Part shown: piece after piece, positions 44,873-53,882 of the stretch
How the letters are laid out: each line of letters opens with the position of its first letter
Position numbering within the stretch: the first letter of the stretch is position 1
Sequence record: OZ335964.1
DNA from: a phage
Length of the DNA: 64,000 nt
Direction: 5' to 3' (one strand)
The notes under the pieces: generated by a model
Told to the model about the DNA's origin: nothing
Seen by the model: the letters and a program-made list of their open reading frames with translations, nothing else
Database searches by the model: none
Translations under genes and position numbers: made by a program

Positions 44873-45103
44873 TCACGTTCTAAAGTTTGTTGCAACCCCA
44901 GCATCAGGGTAATCAAGTTTATCAAAGTTGGGGACCAGCATAAACTCATGATGACGACAAGACAACATTTTTGTTATGTCTTCATCGCTGTATATGCTGT
45001 TTTTCATATCCCCCATACTAACTACATATTCTTCACCGGAATATAGATTGATTAATGTATACAATTCTAACTCCGGCTGCGTTACTCTGTCAAATGTTAA
45101 CAT
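44873..45103 (-). CDS. hypothetical protein (76 aa)
   Basis: Track ORF; weak SD; overlaps the gp46 3' end by 14 nt. Confidence 0.4.
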   Translation of the reverse strand: MLTFDRVTQPELELYTLINLYSGEEYVVSMGDMKNSIYSDEDITKMLSCRHHEFMLVPNFDKLDYPDAGVATNFRT

Positions 45104-46772
45104 TCATTTCAGTGAATCGCCCACGTTTAACCATCTTGAGATGACGGCTAAAATCATCAGGGTTATGGTCACGATGGCTGATAATATACACGTTATCATC
45201 TAACTTGTCAATGATGGAATCAAGTGCTTTTACGCCTTGAACGTCGGTCGCTCCATCATAAATTTCGTCGAGTACCAACAAAGAAATATTAGTACCAGAT
45301 ACCTTACCAGCAACATCACGCCATGTAAAGAGCATCGCAAGATCAATACGTGCTTTTTCGCCTTGACTGAATGATGTATACGAAAACGATTCACGCCCCC
45401 GTGATTTGATTGTTTCGTTAAACTCTTCATCTAGCGTAAAGATATAATCTGCTTCCATGATATCAAGATAATACGCAATCCGATCATTGAAATATGGAAT
45501 ATATTTCTTGACGATAGACGCCTTAACACCGGAATCCTTCAACATTTCTGTTACAAATCCACGATGATATTTTTCAAGAACTAGCTTTGATTTTTCATTA
45601 GTAATCTCTACCAGTTCGTGTTCCAGTTTAGCAAGTTCTTCGGAATTGTCAACCCTTTCTTTTTGTAATTCCTGAATTGCTTTCTGGATCTGTTTAGCAC
45701 GACCTACAGATGCCGTTAAATTCGCTCTCTGTGACTCTATAGCGCGTTTAATTTCCAAGACCTTAGTTTGTGCTGTCTGGAAAGAATTGGCTTTCTCTGC
45801 GTATTCTACGCGTTTCTCGTCAATAAGAGACAGTTTATGTTCCGCTTGTGCTTTTTGTTCGCGTACAGCCTGATCATTACCCTGAATGATCGGTTGTGTG
45901 CACGTCGGGCAGACCCCGCCTTTCTCGTGCATATGGATAACACGATCAAAGTTCTGGATCTGTGCACCAATCTGTGCGATAGCCGTATTAATTTTAGCCA
46001 ATGCCGCGCTAGGATCTTCCGGCATAACAACAGCCAATAGCTCATCGGTCAAGCGCGTTTCTTCGGCTTTGAATGCTTTAGCCGATTCTACCTCTTTATC
46101 ATACATATTCTGCAAACGCTGTAGATTCTCGGCACTCGCCTTGCTAGCGTCTTCTATGTACTTTTTATGAGTGTTGATTTGTTGCTGAACGTGATTAGCT
46201 TTCATTTCCTGCATTTGGATATTCTGGGTAATCTCGCGCACATACGCTTTATTCAGTTTATCCATTTCGCCTAGCGTAGCAATATCAAGCAAATCCTCGA
46301 CCAGTTTACGGCGACCCGCTGCCGGAAGACTCATAAACGGAACATAACCAGCAGTACCTAAAACAACGATCTGTTTAAAGCTGGCTAGGTTCATGCCTAT
46401 GATACCTTCAAAATATTCCTGAAAGTCTTTGGTGCTTGCGCTCTCGTCGATCTTTTGACCGTCGCGATGCACTTCGAATACTTCCGGTTTTTGACCACGT
46501 TTGATATAAAACTCTTTCCCGTCCAGTTCAAACCAGACTTCGACTAACAGTTTCTTTTTGTTGACGCTGTTAATCAATTGGCCTTTCTTGATACTACGAA
46601 ACGGTTTACCGAACAACACAAAGCAAAGAGCCTCGATCATGGTCGATTTACCAGCACCGTTAACACCAGTGATTAGTGTCTTTTTGAATCCGTCTAGCTG
46701 AATCTCAACAGGTTCAGCACCCACGCTCATTATATTTTGATAGCGCAAGGTTTTAAAATTTAACTTTGCCAT
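45090..46772 (-). CDS. 46: recombination endonuclease subunit gp46 (SbcC/Rad50-like ATPase)
   Basis: Walker A GVNGAGKST, long coiled-coil middle, C-terminal Walker B LLVLDE; start set to M6 with GGAGTGG SD (560 aa). Confidence 0.85.
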   Translation of the reverse strand: MAKLNFKTLRYQNIMSVGAEPVEIQLDGFKKTLITGVNGAGKSTMIEALCFVLFGKPFRSIKKGQLINSVNKKKLLVEVWFELDGKEFYIKRGQKPEVFEVHRDGQKIDESASTKDFQEYFEGIIGMNLASFKQIVVLGTAGYVPFMSLPAAGRRKLVEDLLDIATLGEMDKLNKAYVREITQNIQMQEMKANHVQQQINTHKKYIEDASKASAENLQRLQNMYDKEVESAKAFKAEETRLTDELLAVVMPEDPSAALAKINTAIAQIGAQIQNFDRVIHMHEKGGVCPTCTQPIIQGNDQAVREQKAQAEHKLSLIDEKRVEYAEKANSFQTAQTKVLEIKRAIESQRANLTASVGRAKQIQKAIQELQKERVDNSEELAKLEHELVEITNEKSKLVLEKYHRGFVTEMLKDSGVKASIVKKYIPYFNDRIAYYLDIMEADYIFTLDEEFNETIKSRGRESFSYTSFSQGEKARIDLAMLFTWRDVAGKVSGTNISLLVLDEIYDGATDVQGVKALDSIIDKLDDNVYIISHRDHNPDDFSRHLKMVKRGRFTEMNVNI

Positions 46773-47016
46773 TAATCCACTCCGCAATCACACATTCCAT
46801 AATATTAAATGCTAACACATCTTCATCAATGTTGTAAACACTTGCTGCCTTCACTTTAACTAATGTGTCTCTGCGATCTGGCAGCATGATCACATAATCC
46901 AGTGTCGCCGGATCATATGTCATAAAGGGATCAATGTAAATCCCTTTATTCAATGCCAGATATTCGCGAAGACCTTCTATAACCCTGTGTCTAAGGTAGG
47001 TCATCGATAGAATCAT
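46753..47016 (-). CDS. hypothetical protein (87 aa)
   Basis: ATGA overlap with upstream ORF; lies between genes 47 and 46. Confidence 0.45.
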   Translation of the reverse strand: MILSMTYLRHRVIEGLREYLALNKGIYIDPFMTYDPATLDYVIMLPDRRDTLVKVKAASVYNIDEDVLAFNIMECVIAEWINGKVKF

Positions 47017-47609
47017 TTTAGTTTATGTTCCTCTAAAAATTCTTCAATTTCACCTTGCAGGTCTTCCGCTTGTTGTTCCAGAATATCGCGAAATTCACCT
47101 ACAGTCAAGCGATAATCACACTTCACCAGTCGATGTGGGAGAATATACCCTTTATACATCGTCTCTGACGCTTCCAGGAATACCCCACTATGCATGACAG
47201 AGATCCAACCTGTTAGCGTCAATGGAGTATTCGGAAAATAATACTTGCTGGATTGTTTCCACTGGACGAAAGCACCATATACAATCGGATTATATTCACC
47301 AACCACACTCTTAATAATGGCTTCTACTTTGTCTTTTACAAATACGCCAATGTCCATAGTTACCATCAAATCCTGTGGATGAATCACTTTAAGGTAACGA
47401 CGATAACCGTCATCATACCACATCTTAACCACTGGCTGACCCCACATTTTAGCAATACGCGCTTTCAGATAGCCATAGATCGGATTCTTGCAATGTGATT
47501 GTTTTAGTGTGTATGTGTGCACCAATTCAATAAAATGTTCCATTACCAGCGAATCAGAATCAGCCGCGACCATAGTCGTATTCATAATATGTTCCTCGTT
47601 CAATTTCAT
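47013..47609 (-). CDS. hypothetical protein (198 aa)
   Basis: Track ORF; no recognised motif. Confidence 0.5.
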   Translation of the reverse strand: MKLNEEHIMNTTMVAADSDSLVMEHFIELVHTYTLKQSHCKNPIYGYLKARIAKMWGQPVVKMWYDDGYRRYLKVIHPQDLMVTMDIGVFVKDKVEAIIKSVVGEYNPIVYGAFVQWKQSSKYYFPNTPLTLTGWISVMHSGVFLEASETMYKGYILPHRLVKCDYRLTVGEFRDILEQQAEDLQGEIEEFLEEHKLK

Positions 47610-47877
47610 ATTGTTTCAGGTCTTCTAAAAGCTCATCCATTGCTTGTTTCAGCGTATGACGTAGCGTAAAGTAATAGCTTTCATCAAATTCTATTTCTGC
47701 GCGAGGGATAGAGCGAAACTTACACTTAACGGTAGTATCAGTGAGTCGCTTTTCGACCATCATCCGAACTTCTTCATGCTCTTTGGAATACCATACATCA
47801 ACGGAGATCCCCTTACGTCGAGCAAACATAGGCAAAGCTGCATTAAATTCTACTACTTTTTGTGCAAGTGTTTTCAT
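47560..47877 (-). CDS. hypothetical protein (105 aa)
   Basis: Track ORF trimmed to M10. Confidence 0.45.
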   Translation of the reverse strand: MKTLAQKVVEFNAALPMFARRKGISVDVWYSKEHEEVRMMVEKRLTDTTVKCKFRSIPRAEIEFDESYYFTLRHTLKQAMDELLEDLKQYEIERGTYYEYDYGRG

Positions 47878-47878
47878 T

Positions 47879-48124
47879 TTACATACTCCACGATTCACGG
47901 GCAATCACATTCTGGGTAATATCAGCAATCTTACGGGATACGATGTTTGTTAGCCCCTCTTTGGTGATATTTTCACGATCAAATGGGATTTCGTCATGAG
48001 TCCATAACCCAGAGTTAGACCGAAATGATAGCATATACTGACCATCTCGCACAACCTCAAATACATGGATCTTTGTGAACTTCGCTAAACCTTCGTTGAT
48101 TTCTTTCAGTGCATTAGTAATCAT
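47879..48124 (-). CDS. hypothetical protein (81 aa)
   Basis: Track ORF starts at TTG; M5 ATG has GGAGG SD. Confidence 0.45.
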   Translation of the reverse strand: MITNALKEINEGLAKFTKIHVFEVVRDGQYMLSFRSNSGLWTHDEIPFDRENITKEGLTNIVSRKIADITQNVIARESWSM

Positions 48125-48150
48125 AACAACCTCCAATCAATTTTTTAGAG

Positions 48151-48179
48151 AGTATAACGGGGATTTCTCCCCGCGTCAA
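48151..48179 (-). promoter_or_regulatory. early promoter/stem-loop cassette (variant)
   Basis: Minus strand reads TTGACG + CGGGGAGAAATCCCCG hairpin + TATACT, directly after the gp47 stop. Confidence 0.5.
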
Positions 48180-49205
48180 CTAACTTTTTGCGCTATTTAC
48201 TTCGGCTAAAAGTTCATCAGAAATACGCTTGACCGCCGCAAGTTCTTCTGGTTCTAGGTTTTGTTCTTCCAGATATTCATAGACCATCTGAATAGTGCTT
48301 TTAACTTCAATAACACCTGTTTCCTGTGATGCGCTACTCTCCAGCTTATGGACCACTTTTAGCTTGTGCACAACGGCCTCTAACGCGCTTTCTAACTTAG
48401 TTAACCCATTATCAGCGACCGTTGCGATAAGACGCACACTAAGCCCCTTAAAGCGTTCTACATCGATTTTATCATCTGACGGGTAAGTAATACGCACATG
48501 ATAAGTTTTGTCATTCTGAATAAACTCTTTTTTGTGTGTATCGGTATCGAATACCCAAAAACCACGCGGATCGTTTTCGTCACCCGCCGTTAGTGTGTAT
48601 GGTGTACCAATATATGTTACGTTACCGCCATCGCTGATAGTATGAAAGTGACCGGAAAACACTTCACGGTATTTCTTGAGGAAGTCCGCGCTATAACCTT
48701 CGGATTTTAGCCCTTTATAGAAATAGTAACCGGACAATTCCCAATGGCCTACACAATATTCGCTGAATGAGTTTTGAATAAACTCTAAAATCTCTGATTT
48801 ATTGTCATCACAAAACCACGGGAACAGATCAAATGATACACCATCAAAGGTAACTGTTTCCGGCTTATCAATGACCTTAATGCAATCATACTGGCTTAAC
48901 ACTTCACGCGGTGCGTTAGGCTGGATCTTATTGCGCTTAAACATATCATGATTCCCGACCGTGATATAACAAGTAATACCAGCCTCTTCCAGTAACGGGA
49001 TGACCTTAGTACGGTTAAATTTCATGGTTTCATGAGTAATTGCTTTTCGGCAATCAAACCAATCCCCTGTTTGAATCCATGTCTTAATATTATGCTCTTT
49101 GGAGTATTCAACCGCTTTCTTGATGGTATCAAGAATATACTCATGCACCCACGGATCATCGCCACCGATACCAGTATGCAGATCACCTAAAAGCAAAATT
49201 TTCAT
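48180..49205 (-). CDS. 47: recombination endonuclease subunit gp47 (Mre11-like phosphoesterase)
   Basis: Calcineurin-like phosphoesterase motifs LLLGDLH, GNHD, GHWE, GHFH; strong collinearity with T4 gp47. Confidence 0.85.
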   Translation of the reverse strand: MKILLLGDLHTGIGGDDPWVHEYILDTIKKAVEYSKEHNIKTWIQTGDWFDCRKAITHETMKFNRTKVIPLLEEAGITCYITVGNHDMFKRNKIQPNAPREVLSQYDCIKVIDKPETVTFDGVSFDLFPWFCDDNKSEILEFIQNSFSEYCVGHWELSGYYFYKGLKSEGYSADFLKKYREVFSGHFHTISDGGNVTYIGTPYTLTAGDENDPRGFWVFDTDTHKKEFIQNDKTYHVRITYPSDDKIDVERFKGLSVRLIATVADNGLTKLESALEAVVHKLKVVHKLESSASQETGVIEVKSTIQMVYEYLEEQNLEPEELAAVKRISDELLAEVNSAKS

Positions 49206-49255
49206 AGTCTCTTCCTCTCTTCGTTTTCGATGCTCTCACTATATCACAGAAAAAT

Positions 49256-49290
49256 AAAAAGGGAAACCCCTTTCGGAGTCTCCCTTATAA
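49256..49290 (-). terminator. possible terminator (weak stem, strong U-tract)
   Basis: Minus-strand short GC stems followed by TTTTTATTTTT. Confidence 0.35.
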
Positions 49291-49295
49291 AGCCA

Positions 49296-49583
49296 TTACA
49301 GCATACTTAATACCGTTTGCCGTGTACTGACCCACATAGCAGAAAGCAGTTCTGGCGTGTGTGGCTGTTTGTAGATATCACGTAACTTTCCGATAGCGTA
49401 GATATACGCATCACGGTTATCATCGATGATAGCTTGTTCAGCCCACCGCTTAAGGCGTGCAATCTCTCGCGAGTTCTTACGCAAGATCTTTTCCGCTTTC
49501 TTAGCGGCTTTCGCCTCTAGTTCTGCTTGAACTTTGTCTACTTCATTCACTACAATCTGGTCATGTTGTTCATCGTAAGTCAT
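49296..49583 (-). CDS. hypothetical protein (95 aa)
   Basis: ATG with AAGGAA SD. Confidence 0.45.
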   Translation of the reverse strand: MTYDEQHDQIVVNEVDKVQAELEAKAAKKAEKILRKNSREIARLKRWAEQAIIDDNRDAYIYAIGKLRDIYKQPHTPELLSAMWVSTRQTVLSML

Positions 49584-49584
49584 A

Positions 49585-49818
49585 TTATTTTCCTTCTGGG
49601 ATATAGTCGATGATTAAAGAAAATTCATCTTCTGATACATTATAGCTATGTGAGATTGTACCCGTAAAGACCTCAAGATCCGGTGACTTGATATTACACG
49701 GATCGATAATCACCGGAACGCCGCAATCTCTCAAAAATAATTTGGCGAAATACGGCACAAGGTCAGTTTCAAACTCTGCTTCTTCCAGCAAACGGGAAAT
49801 GTTAATTTTCAATCTCAT
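49585..49818 (-). CDS. hypothetical protein (77 aa)
   Basis: Track ORF; overlaps the gp55 3' end by 17 nt. Confidence 0.45.
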   Translation of the reverse strand: MRLKINISRLLEEAEFETDLVPYFAKLFLRDCGVPVIIDPCNIKSPDLEVFTGTISHSYNVSEDEFSLIIDYIPEGK

Positions 49819-50335
49819 AAAATTGGTCCAGGCTAGGCAATTCCTCGGTCAATACATCTTCAACCTTTGGCGCTTTCGGTTTATTGACCGATTCCTCGTA
49901 GTTGTTGATTTTATCGTAAATGTCCTGTATGAATGCCTCATCCGCAATCTGGCACATATCAGCGTCGCGTTCGTCATATACATGATGCACAAAATATTTG
50001 TATTTTGCGGCTGTCGCTGTTCTTTCTTTTTTAATGCGCTGCACAAAAGCATTAAAGCACGCTTGCGTAATGTAAGCATGAGGATTTTTATACTTTGTCT
50101 CGTCAAAATTAATCAAACCCTTGACCGCCGCTTCGATTCCGTCGTCGATCATTTCTTCGCGCCATGTTTGACTATAGCCAGAAAAGTTAAAACGCCGTGA
50201 TAGATTTTTAGAGATTTGCATAATTGCTAGACCGATTTGGTCGCTCATTGGCACTTGCCGACCTTCTGCTGCAATTCGTTGTTTCCAACGGCAAATTTCT
50301 TCGTAAAGCTCTTTATTGTTTACATAATCAGACAC
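49802..50335 (-). CDS. 55: late-transcription sigma factor gp55
   Basis: Conserved blocks [50 protein letters not shown]; initiates at GTG with GAGGGTG SD, no in-frame ATG upstream. Confidence 0.8.
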   Translation of the reverse strand: MSDYVNNKELYEEICRWKQRIAAEGRQVPMSDQIGLAIMQISKNLSRRFNFSGYSQTWREEMIDDGIEAAVKGLINFDETKYKNPHAYITQACFNAFVQRIKKERTATAAKYKYFVHHVYDERDADMCQIADEAFIQDIYDKINNYEESVNKPKAPKVEDVLTEELPSLDQFYEIEN

Positions 50336-50346
50336 TTCGCACCCTC

Positions 50347-50370
50347 GCTATTATTTAGGAAATAACCCTT
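50347..50370 (-). other. stem-loop with GAAA tetraloop in the gene 55 leader
   Basis: Minus-strand AAUAGCCC-GAAA-GGGUUAUU just upstream of the gp55 SD. Confidence 0.3.
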
Positions 50371-50375
50371 TCGGG

Positions 50376-51845
50376 CTATTCCCCATTACCATTATACTTT
50401 CTTTGCTTAGTTATCCACACTCTAACCATTTCTACTGATTCGCCGTCAGACGGATCAAGAGTTTTTCCTTTTTTCTTCATGCGGTACTTAAATCCGTTAA
50501 ATCTTGCATTCTCTTGCTCGTTAAAGTCGAACATCTTTTTAAATGATTTTCGCCCTTTACGCTCACCACATTCTAGCGGAATCATTCGGTCTGTTATTAC
50601 ATTGGCATTAGGTAGAAACGTTTTTAGATAATCCACCAACGCCCAATCAGGAACATATAGATTAACATTCTCCTTGCTCTCGTTGTCTCTCAGGTTACAA
50701 CGCAAACATAATTGAAATGCTGGTTCCAGATAATCAGACACATGACGCGCTTTCAAAAACTCGTTTGTCGGGAGATCACAACTATTAGCAAGACCTTTTA
50801 AAATATCAATCTCCCATCGTTGAGGGTTAAAGCTGAACATCACAGCAACATTTTTATGATGAATGTAAGAGTTAAGACCATAAGATCCGTAAGGTATCCG
50901 CTCACCAATACCATTTGTGCACGCTTCTCGGTCCCGATTCACGGTATAAATGAAGTCATCACCACATTCATTTTTAACCATATCAACAAGACGTTCAAAG
51001 GTATTGTTTGTTTCTGACTGGTGACGCGACCATCGTTCAGAGTCCGTCATAAGGATGATGTTAACTCTATCTGTATTTTTATACTCTTTGAAATATAGTC
51101 TGGATTCTAGCGCACTCGGAACAAAATCGCAATTTGCATAGTATCGTAGATACTTCCCACTATATGTATCAAAGAGATTTGCACATGCTATCGTAACCTT
51201 TTTAAAGTCTCCCCACGTACCGTGTTTGTTATCGTTCAAGAAAACAATTTTCGACCCATTCTTCCGGTGTCCTTCGTTATGTTTTACCATAACGTTGATT
51301 TTCTTCTCTAATAACGCCTCATAAAGCCCTCTAAGCGAAGAATCGATCATATCAGTACCATCCTTCGCACTTTCTATCTTTTCTTTGATAGCGGACTTCT
51401 CAGAGTCTTTTAGAACTAAGTTCTGTAGGCATTCCGATTCGTCGGCGATTGGTTCGCAATGCTTCGTGATAAGTTCAAGATTAGACTTAAACGGATACTC
51501 ATTAAATTCAACCAGTTGAGGAACTTCATCAATGTAAAGAGCATAATCACCAAACATTTTTGAACGTTCCATATTAGATAACGCTGTATGTGTAATGAAT
51601 ATCACATCAGCACCGTCTTTAACTGATTGCATTATCGACGCTTGCACTGTCTTAAGGCTTCTTAGTCGTGTGCTATCAATCAAGACAGCACGACCGCCCA
51701 TTCTTTTAAACTTATTGTAAGATTGTTCACTTAAAACACGAGATGGCGAAGCAATAACCGCTTTTTCTTTTGTCTCTAGGACGTGGGAAAGTATAGCATC
51801 AGTTTTCCCCGCCGCTGGCAATGCGATTAATGTTTCAATCTTCAT
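50376..51845 (-). CDS. P-loop NTPase of unknown function (489 aa)
   Basis: N-terminal Walker A ALPAAGKTDA (residues 9-18) and Walker B ALYIDEV (~110); Cys-rich C-terminal half; no T4 counterpart recognised at this position. Confidence 0.6.
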   Translation of the reverse strand: MKIETLIALPAAGKTDAILSHVLETKEKAVIASPSRVLSEQSYNKFKRMGGRAVLIDSTRLRSLKTVQASIMQSVKDGADVIFITHTALSNMERSKMFGDYALYIDEVPQLVEFNEYPFKSNLELITKHCEPIADESECLQNLVLKDSEKSAIKEKIESAKDGTDMIDSSLRGLYEALLEKKINVMVKHNEGHRKNGSKIVFLNDNKHGTWGDFKKVTIACANLFDTYSGKYLRYYANCDFVPSALESRLYFKEYKNTDRVNIILMTDSERWSRHQSETNNTFERLVDMVKNECGDDFIYTVNRDREACTNGIGERIPYGSYGLNSYIHHKNVAVMFSFNPQRWEIDILKGLANSCDLPTNEFLKARHVSDYLEPAFQLCLRCNLRDNESKENVNLYVPDWALVDYLKTFLPNANVITDRMIPLECGERKGRKSFKKMFDFNEQENARFNGFKYRMKKKGKTLDPSDGESVEMVRVWITKQRKYNGNGE

Positions 51846-52132
51846 TAGAAACCCTTACGTCGTGCTTTCTGGCATTTCTTGATCATTTTATCAGAAATTT
51901 CGCGCTTAGGTGCAATCTCTTTCACACCGAAAGCACTAATGCCAAATTCAGAGAGAATATATTCAACCAACAATTCACGCACACGCGCTTTACCGATATT
52001 CACGCCGTTATTTTTCAGATATGTCTGGCCTTCGACTTGCATCAGATCTAAATCTGCGTCGGTAATATTGATTTCTTCCATGCGCCCAAATCGAGAATAA
52101 ACCATGTGTGCGATTGCATTGTGTACTAACAT
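51845..52132 (-). CDS. hypothetical protein (95 aa)
   Basis: Track ORF starts at TTG; M7 ATG has GAGGAA SD. Confidence 0.45.
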   Translation of the reverse strand: MLVHNAIAHMVYSRFGRMEEINITDADLDLMQVEGQTYLKNNGVNIGKARVRELLVEYILSEFGISAFGVKEIAPKREISDKMIKKCQKARRKGF

Positions 52133-52153
52133 AATATATTCCTCACTCAAGAA

Positions 52154-52312
52154 TTACTTAATGATACTTACTTTACCAGATCCATGACAATGAGCGCAAC
52201 ACCCATCACCACGCAATCCTGTTCCGTTACAGTGTTTACACTTCTTCAACGGTAAAGCCATTATAGCAAATAAAGCAATAATGAATACCGAAACTAAATT
52301 CTCAATAATCAT
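52154..52312 (-). CDS. small membrane-anchored zinc-finger protein (52 aa, 2x CxxCxGxG)
   Basis: Not in ORF track; GAGGG SD; MIIENLVSVFIIALFAIMALPLKKCKHCNGTGLRGDGCCAHCHGSGKVSIIK = TM helix + two DnaJ-type CxxCxGxG repeats. Confidence 0.4.
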   Translation of the reverse strand: MIIENLVSVFIIALFAIMALPLKKCKHCNGTGLRGDGCCAHCHGSGKVSIIK

Positions 52313-52571
52313 AAATCGCCCTCAGTTCTTTATAGCCTCCAATGTGCTCGTTGTCAATGAATATCTGGGGGTATACAAACCGGAGGCTCTTTGAGTTCAG
52401 CCTCCCCGCCAGTTCTTCAATCATATCACGGTCGGGAATAATGTCAACCCCGACCTGCTTGAATACTGGTTTAAGTGTATACGGAATACCCAGATCATCC
52501 AGTAGCTTCATTGCACTAATACAACCATAACAATGATAAGCCTCTTTCGGTATACCGTATATCTCGATCAT
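52302..52571 (-). CDS. nrdH: glutaredoxin-like protein (NrdH-like)
   Basis: 89 aa; CYGC active site and glutaredoxin C-terminal block PQIFIDNEHIGGY. Confidence 0.7.
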   Translation of the reverse strand: MIEIYGIPKEAYHCYGCISAMKLLDDLGIPYTLKPVFKQVGVDIIPDRDMIEELAGRLNSKSLRFVYPQIFIDNEHIGGYKELRAIYDY

Positions 52572-53044
52572 TTCTCAGCCTTTAATCTTTCTAGTTCTTC
52601 TTCCAGTTCCTTGATCCGTTGGTCACGTTCAAAGTCACGCTGTAACTTAGTGGCGAATACTCGTTTAAACTGATTGTAATCATCGATTTTAAACACTTCT
52701 TCTTCGCCATAGCGACGCACAGAAACTTCGTAGTTATTGAAGAATTGTTGCATCATTGCTTCGGATGATAGCTCTGCTGATACCACTTTAAAATATTGAT
52801 CTTCTGTAGGCGAAAACCAATTACAAGCATAAAGATAAACCTTTTCATTGTCTGGACACTGGTAAGCCTTACCATCGATTTCAATCACAGAAACATATTC
52901 AGGTATACTAGATGAATCAATAGCTAAGACTTTAAACGCACGGTCCCCGATAAACTCGGAGATCACACGATTCGCATCACTGGTTGCAAATGCTTTACGC
53001 GCTTGTTCGTTTTTCCACTGATAGGTCATACCAACAACAAACAT
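52568..53044 (-). CDS. paralogous family protein (158 aa), N-terminal beta-domain + helical tail
   Basis: Track ORF trimmed to M9 with GAGGATGG SD; GMTYQWKNEQARKAF...IEIDGKAY domain shared with neighbours. Confidence 0.5.
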   Translation of the reverse strand: MFVVGMTYQWKNEQARKAFATSDANRVISEFIGDRAFKVLAIDSSSIPEYVSVIEIDGKAYQCPDNEKVYLYACNWFSPTEDQYFKVVSAELSSEAMMQQFFNNYEVSVRRYGEEEVFKIDDYNQFKRVFATKLQRDFERDQRIKELEEELERLKAEK

Positions 53045-53045
53045 A

Positions 53046-53870
53046 TTACCATCCTCGCTCTTTACCAATCAAAAATTCAACTTCACGACGTTTAATGTCT
53101 TCTTGAAGGTCTTTAATCTTCTGGCGATCTTGCATGATTTCATCCATCTTGTCAAGTGCCGCAATGAAATCATCGAAACGTTCAAAGGTTTTACCTTCAT
53201 TTGCTTCGCCAAATTTAACCATTGTCAGTCCGTAACGACTACTAAACAGACGTTTCAACTGTCCAACGATCTTAGAATCAGTGGTTATAACTTCCAATTC
53301 TTCTACTTCACGAAAGAATTTTCTATCAGAATCAATAAACCAGCTAGTTCCTTTATGGTCTCTATCTTCGGTTGCGCTCATTAGAGTATGGTCTTTACCA
53401 TCAATTTCAATTACATCAATTTGCCCACATGGACTAACATTTTTAACAGTAAAAGGTCTATAATTTATTGCTCGTGCAATAACATAATTAAGGTTAGATA
53501 CGTTTTCAGCATAATGGCAGAAGTCGGTCATAGCATTCGCATCTTTCCAAGTATAAGTTTTACCAACTTCCCATTTCTGGGGAACTTCTTCAACTTCACG
53601 AAAGAATTTTCGATCGAATGGACTAAAGAAATATGTTGCAGTCCAAATGTCTTTTCCTGTAGCAGTTTTCGCCGTATGATAAACACCGTCTAGCTCTATT
53701 GCATTAATCCAACCGTTACCCTCGATCTCGATGATGGTAAATGGCTTGTCACCAATAGCTGCACTAATATCGCTGTTAAGTGGAGAAAGAACACCTTCTC
53801 CGTTAGTAATAAACTCAGTTTTAGCGTTTTCATCTTTCCAAGTGTAAGTTTTACCAATTTCCCATTTCAT
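53046..53870 (-). CDS. paralogous family protein (274 aa), two tandem domain repeats
   Basis: Two copies of KWE(I/V)GKTYTWKD...IE(L/I)DG...DRKFFREVEE within one ORF; AAGGGGA SD. Confidence 0.55.
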   Translation of the reverse strand: MKWEIGKTYTWKDENAKTEFITNGEGVLSPLNSDISAAIGDKPFTIIEIEGNGWINAIELDGVYHTAKTATGKDIWTATYFFSPFDRKFFREVEEVPQKWEVGKTYTWKDANAMTDFCHYAENVSNLNYVIARAINYRPFTVKNVSPCGQIDVIEIDGKDHTLMSATEDRDHKGTSWFIDSDRKFFREVEELEVITTDSKIVGQLKRLFSSRYGLTMVKFGEANEGKTFERFDDFIAALDKMDEIMQDRQKIKDLQEDIKRREVEFLIGKERGW

Positions 53871-53882
53871 AATATATTCCCC

